From Antedon mediterranea (taxonomy: Eukaryota; Animalia; Echinodermata): a DNA stretch of 64,000 bases. The stretch's first letter is position 1; each line of letters opens with the position of its first letter. Made by a program: the position numbers and the translations under genes. The notes beneath the pieces were generated by a model. It saw nothing but the letters and a program-made list of their open reading frames with translations, was not told the origin of the DNA and did no database searches. Positions 1 through 11,573 of this stretch are shown piece after piece. The stretch is from NCBI RefSeq assembly GCF_964355755.1, contig NC_092674.1:9672001-9736000 (forward strand). The letters run 5' to 3'.

Positions 1-17
1 CGTATTATATTTCACAG

Positions 18-464
18 AGTCCACGAGAATCTCTTTTGTATTACAACTACATGCCCGACCCAGAGACAGGACCTTATGCGATTCGAAACAACCGTTTCAA
101 AGCACTTTTTATTACAGAAAATATATTCGGAACCGATCCAAATGATTTGGACCCAATGTGCCGGTCTGGTAATGCCACTGAAATTCATGAACGACCACTT
201 ATTTATGATCTACTTGTTGATCCAGAAGAAAGATTTGACATTGCGAGCAACTCGGCATTGGTGACTGAAATGATGGTTAAATTGATGAACAAAGAATCAA
301 AAGTCTTATTTGGACCAAGTGTTTTAGCTCAAGTAAATTCAACAGTAAAACTGTGTTGTTTATCAAGTTGTGAACCATTTCCAGAATGTTGTCAGTGTCC
401 TTCTATTTATAGCTTAGATTTATTCCCTATCCAAAATGTATGCAGAGAAGGAAGAAAAGAGTAA
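18..464 (+). CDS. Arylsulfatase (ARSA-like), copy 1, last coding exon; rest of the gene lies upstream of the window
   Basis: Acceptor ttcacAG at 16-17, open frame SPRESLLYY...YAIRNNRFKALF...PLIYDLLVDPEERFD...CC..CEPFPECCQC, matching the ARSA-family C-terminus; near-identical to 11699-12130. Confidence 0.85.
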   Translation, partial: SPRESLLYYNYMPDPETGPYAIRNNRFKALFITENIFGTDPNDLDPMCRSGNATEIHERPLIYDLLVDPEERFDIASNSALVTEMMVKLMNKESKVLFGPSVLAQVNSTVKLCCLSSCEPFPECCQCPSIYSLDLFPIQNVCREGRKE

Positions 465-814
465 CGTTTCTTTAATACTTCTCCATTGCATTGCAGTGAT
501 CCCGAACAATAAGTAACTCAAATCATAGACAAAATACCGTATGTGTTTTGCTCATGCCCACAGGATACGTGTATTAAACAGTATACCGTAAACGATGTCC
601 ATTTCGTGCATGTTTAGTAAATCAAATAACCAGAAATTTATACACATTTCATTTTTTCCTAATGATATTAAAGTAAGACTTGCAATAAAGGATTATCGGA
701 ATTCCATAGCTTTTGACCAGTAAACGAAATACAAAAACGTGTGTTATATAAATGTTTTGGCTTGGTTCTAACGTAAGTGTATTGCATGTATTATACAGAT
801 ATTGACTGCTTAGA

Positions 815-927
815 GGTTAAATATAAGATTTGATATCCCCGAGGGAATGATATTAAGTTCATGGAAATATATATTCCCCGGGAACTTAATATCATTCCCG
901 AGGGGATGTCAAATCTTATATTTAACC
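815..927. repeat. Long imperfect inverted repeat (foldback / non-autonomous element)
   Basis: ggttaaatataagatttgatatcccc-gagggaatgatattaagttc ... gaacttaatatcattcccgaggggatgtcaaatcttatatttaacc; weaker pairing (cagatattg/caatatctg) extends outward. Confidence 0.75.
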
Positions 928-1497
928 GATATAAAAGGCAATATCTGTTATATTATATAGCCAAGAACAAGTCTGCTGGGTTGGGTGAAGCTAGGCTAGG
1001 CCTCCTATAGTATTTGTATTGTACTGTATTTAAACAAGCCTGCCTAGACACCTTACCTTGCGATAATAATATACAGATAATTACTAATTAATGATTCCTT
1101 GGCAATAAAATATTCACTTAGGCCTAGATCGTTTAAATTAACAGAAGAATTTCCATCAATAAGCCTATTAAAAATAATAATATTATAATCAGGTAGGCCG
1201 AGCACAAATTGCATGTTATGCAAATCTGTCGAAAGTACATACATAATAACTGCAGCATGCGAGAAAACGCCGCCACAGTTTGTACTAAAAATCAGAGAAA
1301 ATATTTTTCAAATAGAATAGGGAGTGATAGAGTAGGGAGAAAAATATATTGGTTCTACTTATTCCTGAAAAATGTATCTTGAAACTACGAAATATGGTGA
1401 TCGTGAAGGGAGTGATTTCGACTTTCCCAAATTGTTAAGTTATTGTCTTTGTCATGCTGTTAGCACAGTATTCTTTTAAAAATTAGTTCTAATATAA

Positions 1498-2130
1498 TGT
1501 AATATAATGATATACTTTTATAATTAAGAAATTGAACTTTGTTTCAGAATTCAAATAAGTTCACAAACTTGACCCAGAAAGTCCAGAGGAGAGTTTGTCC
1601 AGATGTTTTAATGACCATTTAGTTTAAAATAGAATCCCTAAAGAAAACACTTAGCTTAATTTTGTGACTTTTCCCACCGTTAAATCAGGAGAGATTGACA
1701 CTATTTAAGTACAGATTTGACAGTGTCATCCATCATAGAAATACCTTATTATACCGTTAATCACTTCTAACTAAATACCCCTGGATCAACTTAGGACCAA
1801 TCGTTACCCTCACAGATGACGTAGTGACATATGCAAATGAACCGAAGCCAATATACCCCCAAGTTTCAGAAGAGCCCAGACACACCTTACAGCCACCTCA
1901 CGGAGCACACACCTTACAGCCACCTCACGGAGCACACACCTTACAGCCACTTCTCCAGAAGCAGACCTACACACTTCACACCTCACCGACAGCATCACTG
2001 ATCCTCCGTTCCTTATCTATACTTATAGTTGTATATTGTACTGAAGTATTATACTGAATAAACAATATGTGTTACGACAGTTAAGCGAGTAAGAGTCTTC
2101 ATTAGTACCTCAACACAACACTATATTACA
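1498..2130 (+). mobile_element. Solo LTR (probably Ty3/Gypsy type)
   Basis: Starts TGTAATATA, ends TATATTACA, flanked by ATAA/ATAA 4-bp duplication; AATAAA near 2057; empty site in the paralogous block at ~14585-14607. Confidence 0.8.
1879..1985. repeat. 27-bp tandem repeat inside the solo LTR
   Basis: Unit acacaccttacagccacctcacggagc, about 2.5 copies plus degenerate tail; explains ORFs 1810-1998 and 1824-2057. Confidence 0.85.
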
Positions 2131-2484
2131 ATAAGTATGTACTAATGATTAAACTATTTATGACCTCTTATAACACTTTTATTCACTAAAACCAAATGCA
2201 AAAATTACGAATTCAATAAAATAATAAAATAAAAACCTACAACAAATGCTTCAGAACAAAAATTGTCATCCCGGCGGACAAATACATCTGTAGCAAAATG
2301 TTCATAGGTTTACACATTTTCCACGGAAATAGAATGAAAAAGGTGAAGAAGACCTTCTACATCGGAAAATGTACCTCGAAAATTGGATTGATGTCCTACA
2401 AAGATCCTCTACAATGCCCCCAAGTGAGGACCTCGACAACTTTGTCCACTAAGAATATTAAAGCTAGGCCCGATGTTTCCACAC

Positions 2485-3312
2485 AAGCCCCTTTCTCACA
2501 GATGTGCCTGCAATATACCGGTACAGTGCTGGCGTCGTGCCGGTATCGTTACCGGCATATACCCATTCTCATCGGACTATCATGCCGGAAATATAACCGG
2601 TATATACCGGCTTTCTGTGAGAAAGGAGTCGGGCATATTCGGCCAATAAAAAGTCTCTGACAAAATAATTATTGAGGGCGTCCTTTATTGTTATTATTTT
2701 TGTCTAGCGATGATATGGCGGCGAATGTTAAGTTACAGATTATTATCTTCCTTTATAGCATATTTATGCAATACATGCTATGTACAGTATATTGTGCATA
2801 TACTATACAGGTATAGCAATTAATTTGCCGTCATCGGCAATCTGTAAAACACCTTAGAAGGCTGTAGGCCTACAATTTACAAGGCGACGAAAGGTCAGGC
2901 ACCAACAAACAAAGAGCTAATGGCCTAGCCTAGCGGCCTATATAGATTATGCTACAAATTTCTTCTTGTCCCCTTATTTTAAGCAGCTATCTTATCTCAT
3001 TATCCCTCCAGTTCCACATTATTATTGTTAATTGAATTGAATAGGCGCCAAAGTGATACACTTGACTGCGCAAGGTGTCAAAGCCTCGACGGGGAACCCC
3101 GGAATATAACGGCAATACGTTCTCACAGAATGCCCGTCTGGCATTGCGGGGAATATCCCTAGAATATTACTAGGTCTAAAGCAGGTCATGTCGATGCCGG
3201 CATGGTGCCGGCATGATGCCAAGACGACCCGTTCTCACAGAAAACCATACCGGCATGGTAATGGTATATTCCCGCAATATTCCTGGCACACAACTCTGTG
3301 AGAAAGGGGCTT
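2485..3312. mobile_element. Non-autonomous TIR DNA transposon (possibly PIF/Harbinger-like)
   Basis: 18-bp TIR aagcccctttctcacaga / tctgtgagaaaggggctt, internal repeats ttctcacaga and ataccggca; degraded relative at ~17925-18260. Confidence 0.75.
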
Positions 3313-3329
3313 AAGTGAATGCATTTTTC

Positions 3330-4175
3330 CTCAACTCTTGAATAAGTTGCAAACAATTAGTTTCCTTTAATTTTCTAATTTCGCCTTTAAAAGGGTCTCT
3401 TTAGCATTATGCGGGACCGTGAGTTCACCCAATATTATATTTGGACCATCAATCAGGACAACATCGGATCTAGCTGACGTTAAACAGATATTTTTTCTGT
3501 GGAAGGAGGAGCAGAGAGGAAGCCTGAAACTCATGAAGATCAGCAAATAATTGAACGTTTTCCGGTAGTCTTTAAGATGTCCAACGATACAGCAAGAACA
3601 CAGTCATGACGCCAAGTAAATCTTCCTTGCGTGAGGGCATCCTGACACCCACTCAGGAGATGTAAAGTTGTTAGGTGGCCATGTGAGCATAATTTGCATT
3701 TGGCGAAAGTTTGTATTTTCCAACGTCTTATAATATATATAAACTTTATTTAGACACGAGACTGATGCGTTCAATCAATATTGATTGTTTTTACACAAGT
3801 TCATGATACTGTATTACAAAAAAACCAACACCATATAAATACGACAAAAACGATAGAAAAAATTGAAATTGAAAAGAAACAAAATTACAGCAGAATCCCC
3901 TTCATCTCTGACACCTCTATTTAGAGCCTTTTTTTTTGGATAGTTTGAACTCTTTTCATTAGAGTAAAATATAGATATTTATTTCTGTCGGGAGTGTATC
4001 GGAGGCAGCACGAAGTACAAACGATAACTGCTCCGGAGGCAGGACATGACGAATCATTGTCCATATTTTCTCATCCTTTTCAAGTTCAATAGAATCAATT
4101 ACTTTATTTTGAACCGATAGAGCTTCAAGACTGGTTTTTCTCTCGCGATGTATTTTTCTGAGCTGAGTCAAGTTG
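3330..4175 (-). mobile_element. Degraded RLE-type non-LTR retrotransposon 3' fragment (Hero/NeSL-like)
   Basis: Minus-strand translation: LSFVLRAASDTLPT (interrupted) RWKIQTFAKCKLCSHGHLTTLHLLSGC...GRFTWRHDCVL ... ARSDVVLI...GELTVP = CCHC knuckle, RHD and PD/ELT motifs of restriction-like endonucleases. Confidence 0.75.
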
Positions 4176-5248
4176 GATAGAAAACAAACTCTCTAGCTAC
4201 TGTAATTGTTGCTATTTGAAAATTAATCCACAGCCAATTTTCATGTAAAAATGAGATAATTTCAAGAAAAATGGCCATTATAAATGTAAATATTGGTCAA
4301 AATTGTATAAGGATAGCTATTCATTTCTATGTTGTATTGTATAGTTATTTAATGCAAGTCATGTAAAGTTAGTCCACACACAAAATGGCCTATCCTTTAC
4401 CATTGCACCCGATTCTGCTACTGTCAATAGGTATGTATCTATATAACTATCAGCAAGTGTATGCTGTCTGCATAAATGCTGTACTTTTAACATACATATA
4501 TTATAGAGTATTATAGAGGGTGCTATTATTATAGAGTAAATACAAAAACCTAGGGACAGTAGCAGAATCGGTTGACCATTGTGTAATTTGATAATACTGT
4601 ACCACCAATTACCTAGCTGGGCAAAGTTTGACAGCCTTGTTCTTGCATTGGGCATTCACATTCATTTTGCCAATCACAATTTCGCGTCATGTCTATCAAT
4701 GTTCTTCAAGACGTAAATTCAAGGAGCTATAAAATTGGGATGGTAGATGGTGTCGATATCAAAACTTGGAAACAAACCAATTCATCCTGGGAAAAAAGAA
4801 GTTGAGCAAGTTCAGAACCCTTAATTTCTTTTCGAAGTCCGGAAGAACGGTAACTCCAAGTAGAAGGGGAGGATGAATTATAGCGGTGCATATGCTCCTA
4901 TGGGGGTTTAATCATTTTAAAGACATTTGGTAATTTGGCACTGAGCGGTCTCCACGTTTGTCTTTGCGATATCATGTGCCATTATAAAATAAATATCTTG
5001 AAAGGCTTGAAAGGACATCTAACTTTCAACACGATACGGACAGATAAATTGCGCAGCTATGATTTATTTATAAATATTAGCGTATACGCTAAATTATAAA
5101 ATCAATGTAGTTATTGTTCGAATAACTAGATTAACAGTCTCTTCTAAATAATATTATTACTAAAACAATTTAATTTAATTTAAGCATTTAATTTTTTCAT
5201 TTATTCTGTAGAAATTGGAAATGCTGGTAGCATAGCCGGAATTGGTAT

Positions 5249-6629
5249 CTATATATAAATTATGGTTAATTCTGACATAGGCGAGCACAATGCACAATGT
5301 ACAAATCTCCGCCTTGGATACCTACCTTATCTATCCGAGATGTACTGCGAAACGTAGATTTGATAACATTAGTGTGCACGCCGACGCTATTGTTCCATAT
5401 TTATATCTTAGGAAGATGTTATAAAGAGTTTTTTAACAACATTTATGATTTCAACATTGGATTTTCCTCTCAATTTCAATTCTTCCCGGTCAAAGTAATT
5501 TCCGGGTTTAAGATAAGTTCAACTTAGTTTCTAATATTTTCTCTCTTTTATACACAAGGGAGCAGTTAAAATAATAGATTTGACCCTAAAGGTGACTGGA
5601 AACAGGCCCTTTCCATCAATCAATACAGTGTCCCTTTGGAAGACGAAAAAAAAAATTGGCCATTAATCATAGCCATTTCAGTTTTTTGTTTATTTTAAAA
5701 CATACCACAACTTGGCCATTAATCATAGCCATTTCAGTTTTTTTGTTTATTTTAAAACATACCACACGTGTGTGAAGGTACAGTAGTTAAATAATAGGAA
5801 TTATACTAAAAATTAATAAAGATCAAATTAAATATACGCCATAAAGAATCAGAATATATTGTGGGGAATAGTATTATAAAATTACATAGGGAGATTTGAT
5901 AAGACATTTTTCGAGTGAAATCCCGATAGCTGAGTTTTATTGAGTAAGCTTGCAGGAATAACTGTAGGCTATCTTCCTGTGTCCCGTTAGGACCGAGATG
6001 TCTGCCCATGTTGCAAGCCGTAATGTCTTAATTCTTACTTGGGCCCACTCTGTCACGGCAGTTAGTTTCAAAAGATGATTAAATTAAATAATGTATTAAT
6101 AATTATTAGGATGGTATTCATTTGAATAAACGCCTCTCCAATAAAACATCACTTTGAATAATAACCCCCCCCCCCCCCCCCACAACCCAACTATCTAATA
6201 AACGTCCATCCACATATTTATAATAACAGAATTATACTATTTGTAGTAGAATTCACCGCACTGTTATCTGCAATTTACCAAGCATTTGTTATTCTTTTTT
6301 ACCACTTTTCATATCTATGAGAGGATTTCATTTGATTATAAATGTTACCATATTATTAGAACTAAAAAATTTAACATATATCCCTCGAATAAGCACCTCC
6401 CTCAAATGACCTCCGCCTCCCCAAAGGGCCCTACCAAACAATAAAAACTATACTTTAAAATGTTATTAATCATCTAAAACACTGTGAAACAAAGTAGTTC
6501 AGTTTTACGAATGTCAAGCATTTTCAATAATGGTAACCGACAGAAAATGTATAAGGAGAACATTATCATTCCGAGAACCATTCTACACTTCCTAGAGGGG
6601 GAGCGAGCGAAGCAAGCTCACCCTCTAGT
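5249..6629 (+). mobile_element. Helentron-associated (HINE-like) insertion with nested material
   Basis: taattctgacataggcgagcacaatg... head and gagcgagcgaagcaagctc hairpin + ctctagt end; shorter copy at ~22051-22293; absent from the paralogous block at ~14850-14870. Boundaries approximate. Confidence 0.5.
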
Positions 6630-8350
6630 CACATTTAATTATGGGTGTTCGAAGATTAGCTATAATTGAGTATGCGTCAGAGCCTTAATGTTTGGAGAGA
6701 TCTGAGCGGTCGAGGAGTGTTCTATCCAAATTACCACGGCGTAGTAGTAGTATTAGTTCGCGGTTTAGTACGGTAATAAATAGTGTTTTTTCGCCCTAAT
6801 CTCTTTCCTGTTTGCCGCGATCGCAACAATTCTTAAATATTTTAAATATCAATACCGTATTTGCGTTAAAAGGTATTATCAGAAAACCAATTGCCGAATC
6901 CCAGTTTGCTGAATAACAGTTAGATAAAAAGTGATTTTTCCGAATCCCATTGTATGTTGCCGAATCCCGGTTTGCCGAATTTCAGTTTGATAAAAAGAGT
7001 GCTTCCTGTTACTAGCATAAATAAAGTTCCAATTCTATCTTACCTATTTTCCTCAGGCAATAGGAATACATAGTTTTTGACATTGTTTCATTTAATTTCA
7101 TTTATTTATTTGACCAAAAAAAAAACAGCAATAAAATCAGGTCAGGAAAAACCAGCGACTTAGACCGCTATGACTCAATGGGTAAGTAATCCATGCATAT
7201 TATAATATAAACATATTTAATATAAACATATTTAATATAAACATATTTAAATTAGAAAATTAAAACATAATTATTGTTATTGTTTGTAATTATCTTTAAA
7301 ATAGTTCAAAGGAAAATTAACACGTCACCTGACCTTTCAGACATATAAAATTTTCGCATAAATTATGTTTTATCAATGAATATAAATTACAGGAAACGTA
7401 CCGGTACTCTATGAATACATAAATTACTTAGAATAACAGTTCCGTATTATTAATACTAATTGAATGAAATCAAATCATTTTTGTATATCTAGAAGTCGGA
7501 GATACAGGGAGCATAGTTGGTTGGTGACTAGTTGTGTATGTTGGCAATCATATTGAAAATCACAATCATTCAGTTTTAAAAGATTTTTACCGGTAGTAGA
7601 TGGAAAAAAATGTTAACTACAATACTATACCTGTTATTTACTCTAGAATACAGTGTAGCTTATACAGAGAAACCTAATATTGTAATCTTTTTTGCTGACG
7701 ATATGGGATACGCTGACCTACAAAGTTACGGTAATCCGCTATCGATGGATTGGAGAGATCGGGGTTGAAGTTTACACAAATGTACAGTGCTAGTCCATTA
7801 TGTAGCGCTTCAAGGTAAGAATAAAAAGAAACATTAGGCCCTGGTAATGTTAGTAAATACGTTTTTGTACAATACACTTGCATCTTGTTTTGTTTTGCCT
7901 ATCGTGAAAATAAACCTGGATAATTAATACTATAAGAAAGTACTGTATGTATGTGATCAATTTCTTTCTGTCATTGTCAAAATTTTCAAATTGTGAGCAC
8001 ATTCACCACCCCCGGGACTCATCTTTTCTTTTATTCCACCATAATATAGTTATTTCAGCACTATATTATTTTCTTCATGTCATGACATAATCTGTTTCTC
8101 TGCGCATTTTCTAACGTACGTGCACATGGCCTTTGTTGTGCGGATAACTCGGACTCATCAAAGTAACGAGTTAAAATCTTATTAGGCTCTCTTACAGATT
8201 CAAATATGAATGTTGTTAATAGTATTTATTAATAATAATATTAGTATTATTATTAAACGATATCTATTATAGGTAATTTTTATCTTTTTTAAATCCTTGT
8301 CCTATTTGTTTTTGAATTTATTTTGCCGTGCTTTAATATGTCTCTTGTGG

Positions 8351-8638
8351 TAGTCTACATTAGCAAACTTTACTAAATTGTTTTTAAAGCGAAAGTTTGC
8401 AGTACAGCCTTCCACAATTTTTTTTTTGCAATTTACAAAAGTGGAAAAGCTTTCTTGACAAACTTGGAATTTGCCGAGATTTGTTGTAGATTTCTCGAGT
8501 TTAGACTTCCACAAAATTGTTTTCTGCAATTTGCCGAAGTTTGTCAACTGGTCTACACTTGCAACCTTTGGAAAACCTTTGTTGAAAAACCAAATAGCTT
8601 GCACGAGTTTGCAAACAAAATTTTGCCGCTGTAGACTA
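8351..8638. mobile_element. MITE-like element in arylsulfatase intron 1
   Basis: Terminal tagtctaca..gcaaa / tttgc..tgtagacta inverted repeats and internal ttgccga/ttgcaa repeats. Confidence 0.5.
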
Positions 8639-9594
8639 TGTTTAGATGCGAATAGTAAACGTGAATAACCCTAATTCTGAATGACGTCCACACAGTGAAT
8701 TTCACACCCTTTAATTTGTAATTTCTATTGCATTAAATAATAGGGCTGGACTACTAACCGGGCGTTACCCTGTTCGCACTGGTGTTTGGAACAGCGATCC
8801 GAATGGCGATGCTGTCTTCACGCCCAAATCTCTTCTTGGACTACCATTAAACGAGACAACTATTCCCGAAATGCTAGCAAACCAAGGCTACAAATCTGCC
8901 ATAATTGGAAAATGGCAATTAGGTGTTGGACTGTCCAAAGAATATCTACCTTTAAATCAAGGCTTTGATCATTTTTTTGGACTCCCATATAGCCATGGAA
9001 GTTGTTTTTGTAGTGCGTGCTTTTACCCAGATATAGAATGTGACATCAACATAAACAATATTTCTATTCCTTGCCCTTTGATGCTGGAAAATAATATAAT
9101 TGAGCAACCTATAGACTTGACGACTTTAGCAGAGCGACATGTAAGAGCAGCTAGAAGTTGGATACAAGAATTTGCTTGTAACGAAACGCCATTTTTTCTT
9201 TTTTACTCATTCCTTCATCCACACACTCCACAGTTCGCGGGCAGACAATCCACGAATCAAACAAAGGGTGGAGAATATACAGATTCGCTGGCTGAACTCG
9301 ATTGGGAGATTGGCGAGGTGATGGACGAGTTACTGTAAGAAAAAATGATCTCATAGAAAATACATTGGTATTGTTCACATCAGATAATGGGTAAGATGAT
9401 TTTTTTTTCTGTAGTTAAAGGCCGGTTTCCATAAACGATTTAAGTGTGAATATATTTATACATTTTCTCAGGGTGATATATGCACCTGATTAGTGTATAT
9501 GATCGTGACAAGATTCGAACCTTGACTTACACAGTGAGTACACCATATCGATTATGTCATATTTGGTTATTATGCATTCGTTGATTTATATTTT

Positions 9595-9724
9595 AAAACA
9601 AAGCCAAATGTCATGGCTGCAGTCGCGTGCGCAAATTTGAGTTAGTTTTTAAATCGATCGACCGACCTATCAACCGATCAACCGACCTAGTGAGCTATAG
9701 AGCATACGTTTATAACAACTAAAG
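9595..9724 (-). mobile_element. Short Helentron/DINE-like repeat with (GACC)n microsatellite
   Basis: Shares aacaa.gccaa..., (gacc)n and tagtga.ctatagag with the copy at 38383-38495. Confidence 0.5.
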
Positions 9725-9927
9725 AACACACGTACCAGTCCATTGTTTCCATAAGCCTGATAAACAAAACAGGGAGGGTTTCCACAAACAACAAAATTAT
9801 AGACCGCGCATTTCCACTTATGGCCTGGATTTTTTTCATTTAGTGCAATGTTTGCAGTCTTCGAGGAGTCACACCACTGTAACCGTTGTCTTTTTTGTAT
9901 AGCTTTAGTGTGTCTTACTTGTGTCTT

Positions 9928-10507
9928 AATTACCTCCGCCAAGGAGGTTATGTTTTCACCCCTGTATGTTTGTGTGTGTGTGTGTGTGTGCCTGTGAACA
10001 GCCTGGATGCCACAGTTTTTATCCGATTCTCACCAAATTTGGCCACAATGATCTATGCCCCAAAAGCTCGGACGAGTTCGAATTTGAGGGGAAAGGTTAT
10101 AGGTCAAGGTCACAACTAACGAAAAACTATTTTACTGCCTAGAGACCACGGTTTTTATCCAATTCTCACCGAACTTAGCCACAATGATCAATGACACATC
10201 ATATAATTGTGGTTAAATTTTGAAGGGTCAGGGTCAAAGATCAAGGTTCACAAAAAACAAAACAAAACAAAAAAAAAATAATAAAAAAAAAACCTCAGTG
10301 GGACTTGAACCAGCGATCTCAAATGTGAGAGGCTGGATACATAACCATTACACCACACTGTCATCAACAACTTTGTAAGTGTGCAGTTAGCCTATTTACA
10401 CTTAGAACTAATAACAAAAAATGTATAAACAAAATATTCAGGGGGAATTTTATGTAGGGGAATTTTACAGTAGGCGGAGGTTTGTACTCTCGGAGTACCC
10501 TCTAGTT
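9928..10507 (+). mobile_element. Helentron-associated interspersed element (HINE)
   Basis: Sub-terminal IR acctccgcc (9932) / ggcggaggt (10473), 5' (TG)n microsatellite, 3' hairpin gtactctcggagtac then ctagtt. Confidence 0.7.
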
Positions 10508-11064
10508 ATAAATTATTTTTGCTAAGTGTTTTTTTATATATTGATATTTTCTTGGGAATCAAATATCATGACATTTTGTTTTTTGTGACAACAAAATGGA
10601 TCTTTATATTAGAATGTGACATTGTTCTGTCCATAGGCCTGATCGAAGCGAACATACTCTAGGTGGGTTTACTGGATCAATGAGATGTGGAAAGTTTTGC
10701 ACATTCGATGGTGGATCACGTGTACCCGCAATTGCGTCATGGCCTGGTCATATCAAACAAGGTGTTTCAATGGAGCTTCTAAGTCATCTAGATATTTGGC
10801 CCACTTTAAGAAGATTAAGTGGTATTCCCGTGGATTATTTCGACATTATTCTTGATGGCTATGATATTAGTGATGTTTTATTGAACGGAGAAAATGTAAG
10901 TTTAATATTAGTGAAAATGAGTATTCTTATATTGTTAAAATGTTTTTCTCAATCTCCTAAGCATCTTTAAACATGGGCAATTACAACATCTAATATAAAA
11001 TACGTGGATACGCTTTATCAGACAATAGCATTAATCTTTTATTGTAAACTAACTGATGAGGCTG

Positions 11065-11573
11065 TTTTCACTCTTTAAGAGTGGTTAAAATCGTCTAAAT
11101 AAACCGAGAGTTAAACTTTCACTCTTTTATAACGGCGGTCTTCCTCATGTTTTCACATTCTTTAAGAGTGGTAAAATGGTCTAAATGAAACGGGAGTTAT
11201 ACTTTCACTTTTTTATAACGGCGGTCTTCCTCATTTTTTCACTCTTTAAGAGTGGTTAAATTCGTCTAAATGAAACGAGAGTTATACTTTCACTCTTTTA
11301 TAATGGTGGTCTTCCTCATGTTTTCACTCTTTAAGAGTGGTTAAATTCGTCTAAATGAAACGAGAGTTATACTTTCACTCTTTTATAATGGTGGTCTTCC
11401 TCATATTTTCACTCTCTAAGAGTAGTAAAATGGTCTAAATGAAACGAGAGTTATACTTTCACTTTTTTTATAACGGTGGTCTTCCTCATGTTTTCACTCT
11501 TTAAGAGTGGTAAAATGGTCTAAATGAAACGAGAGTTCTACTTTCACTTTTTTCTAACGGTGTTCTTCCTCAT
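11065..11573. repeat. ~86-bp tandem repeat, about 6 copies, in arylsulfatase intron 3
   Basis: Unit ttttcactctttaagagtggttaaa.tcgtctaaatgaaacgagagttatactttcactcttttataacggcggtcttcctcatg. Confidence 0.9.

Noticed and set aside
1810-2057. ORFs with HTLQPPHGA / EVAVRCVLR repeats
   Set aside because: Translation of a 27-bp repeat inside a solo LTR.
2298-3222. ORFs 2298-2660 and 3028-3222
   Set aside because: Overlap a non-autonomous TIR element; no recognisable domains.
5657-5766. 55-bp direct duplication
   Set aside because: Simple local tandem duplication within repeat-derived DNA.
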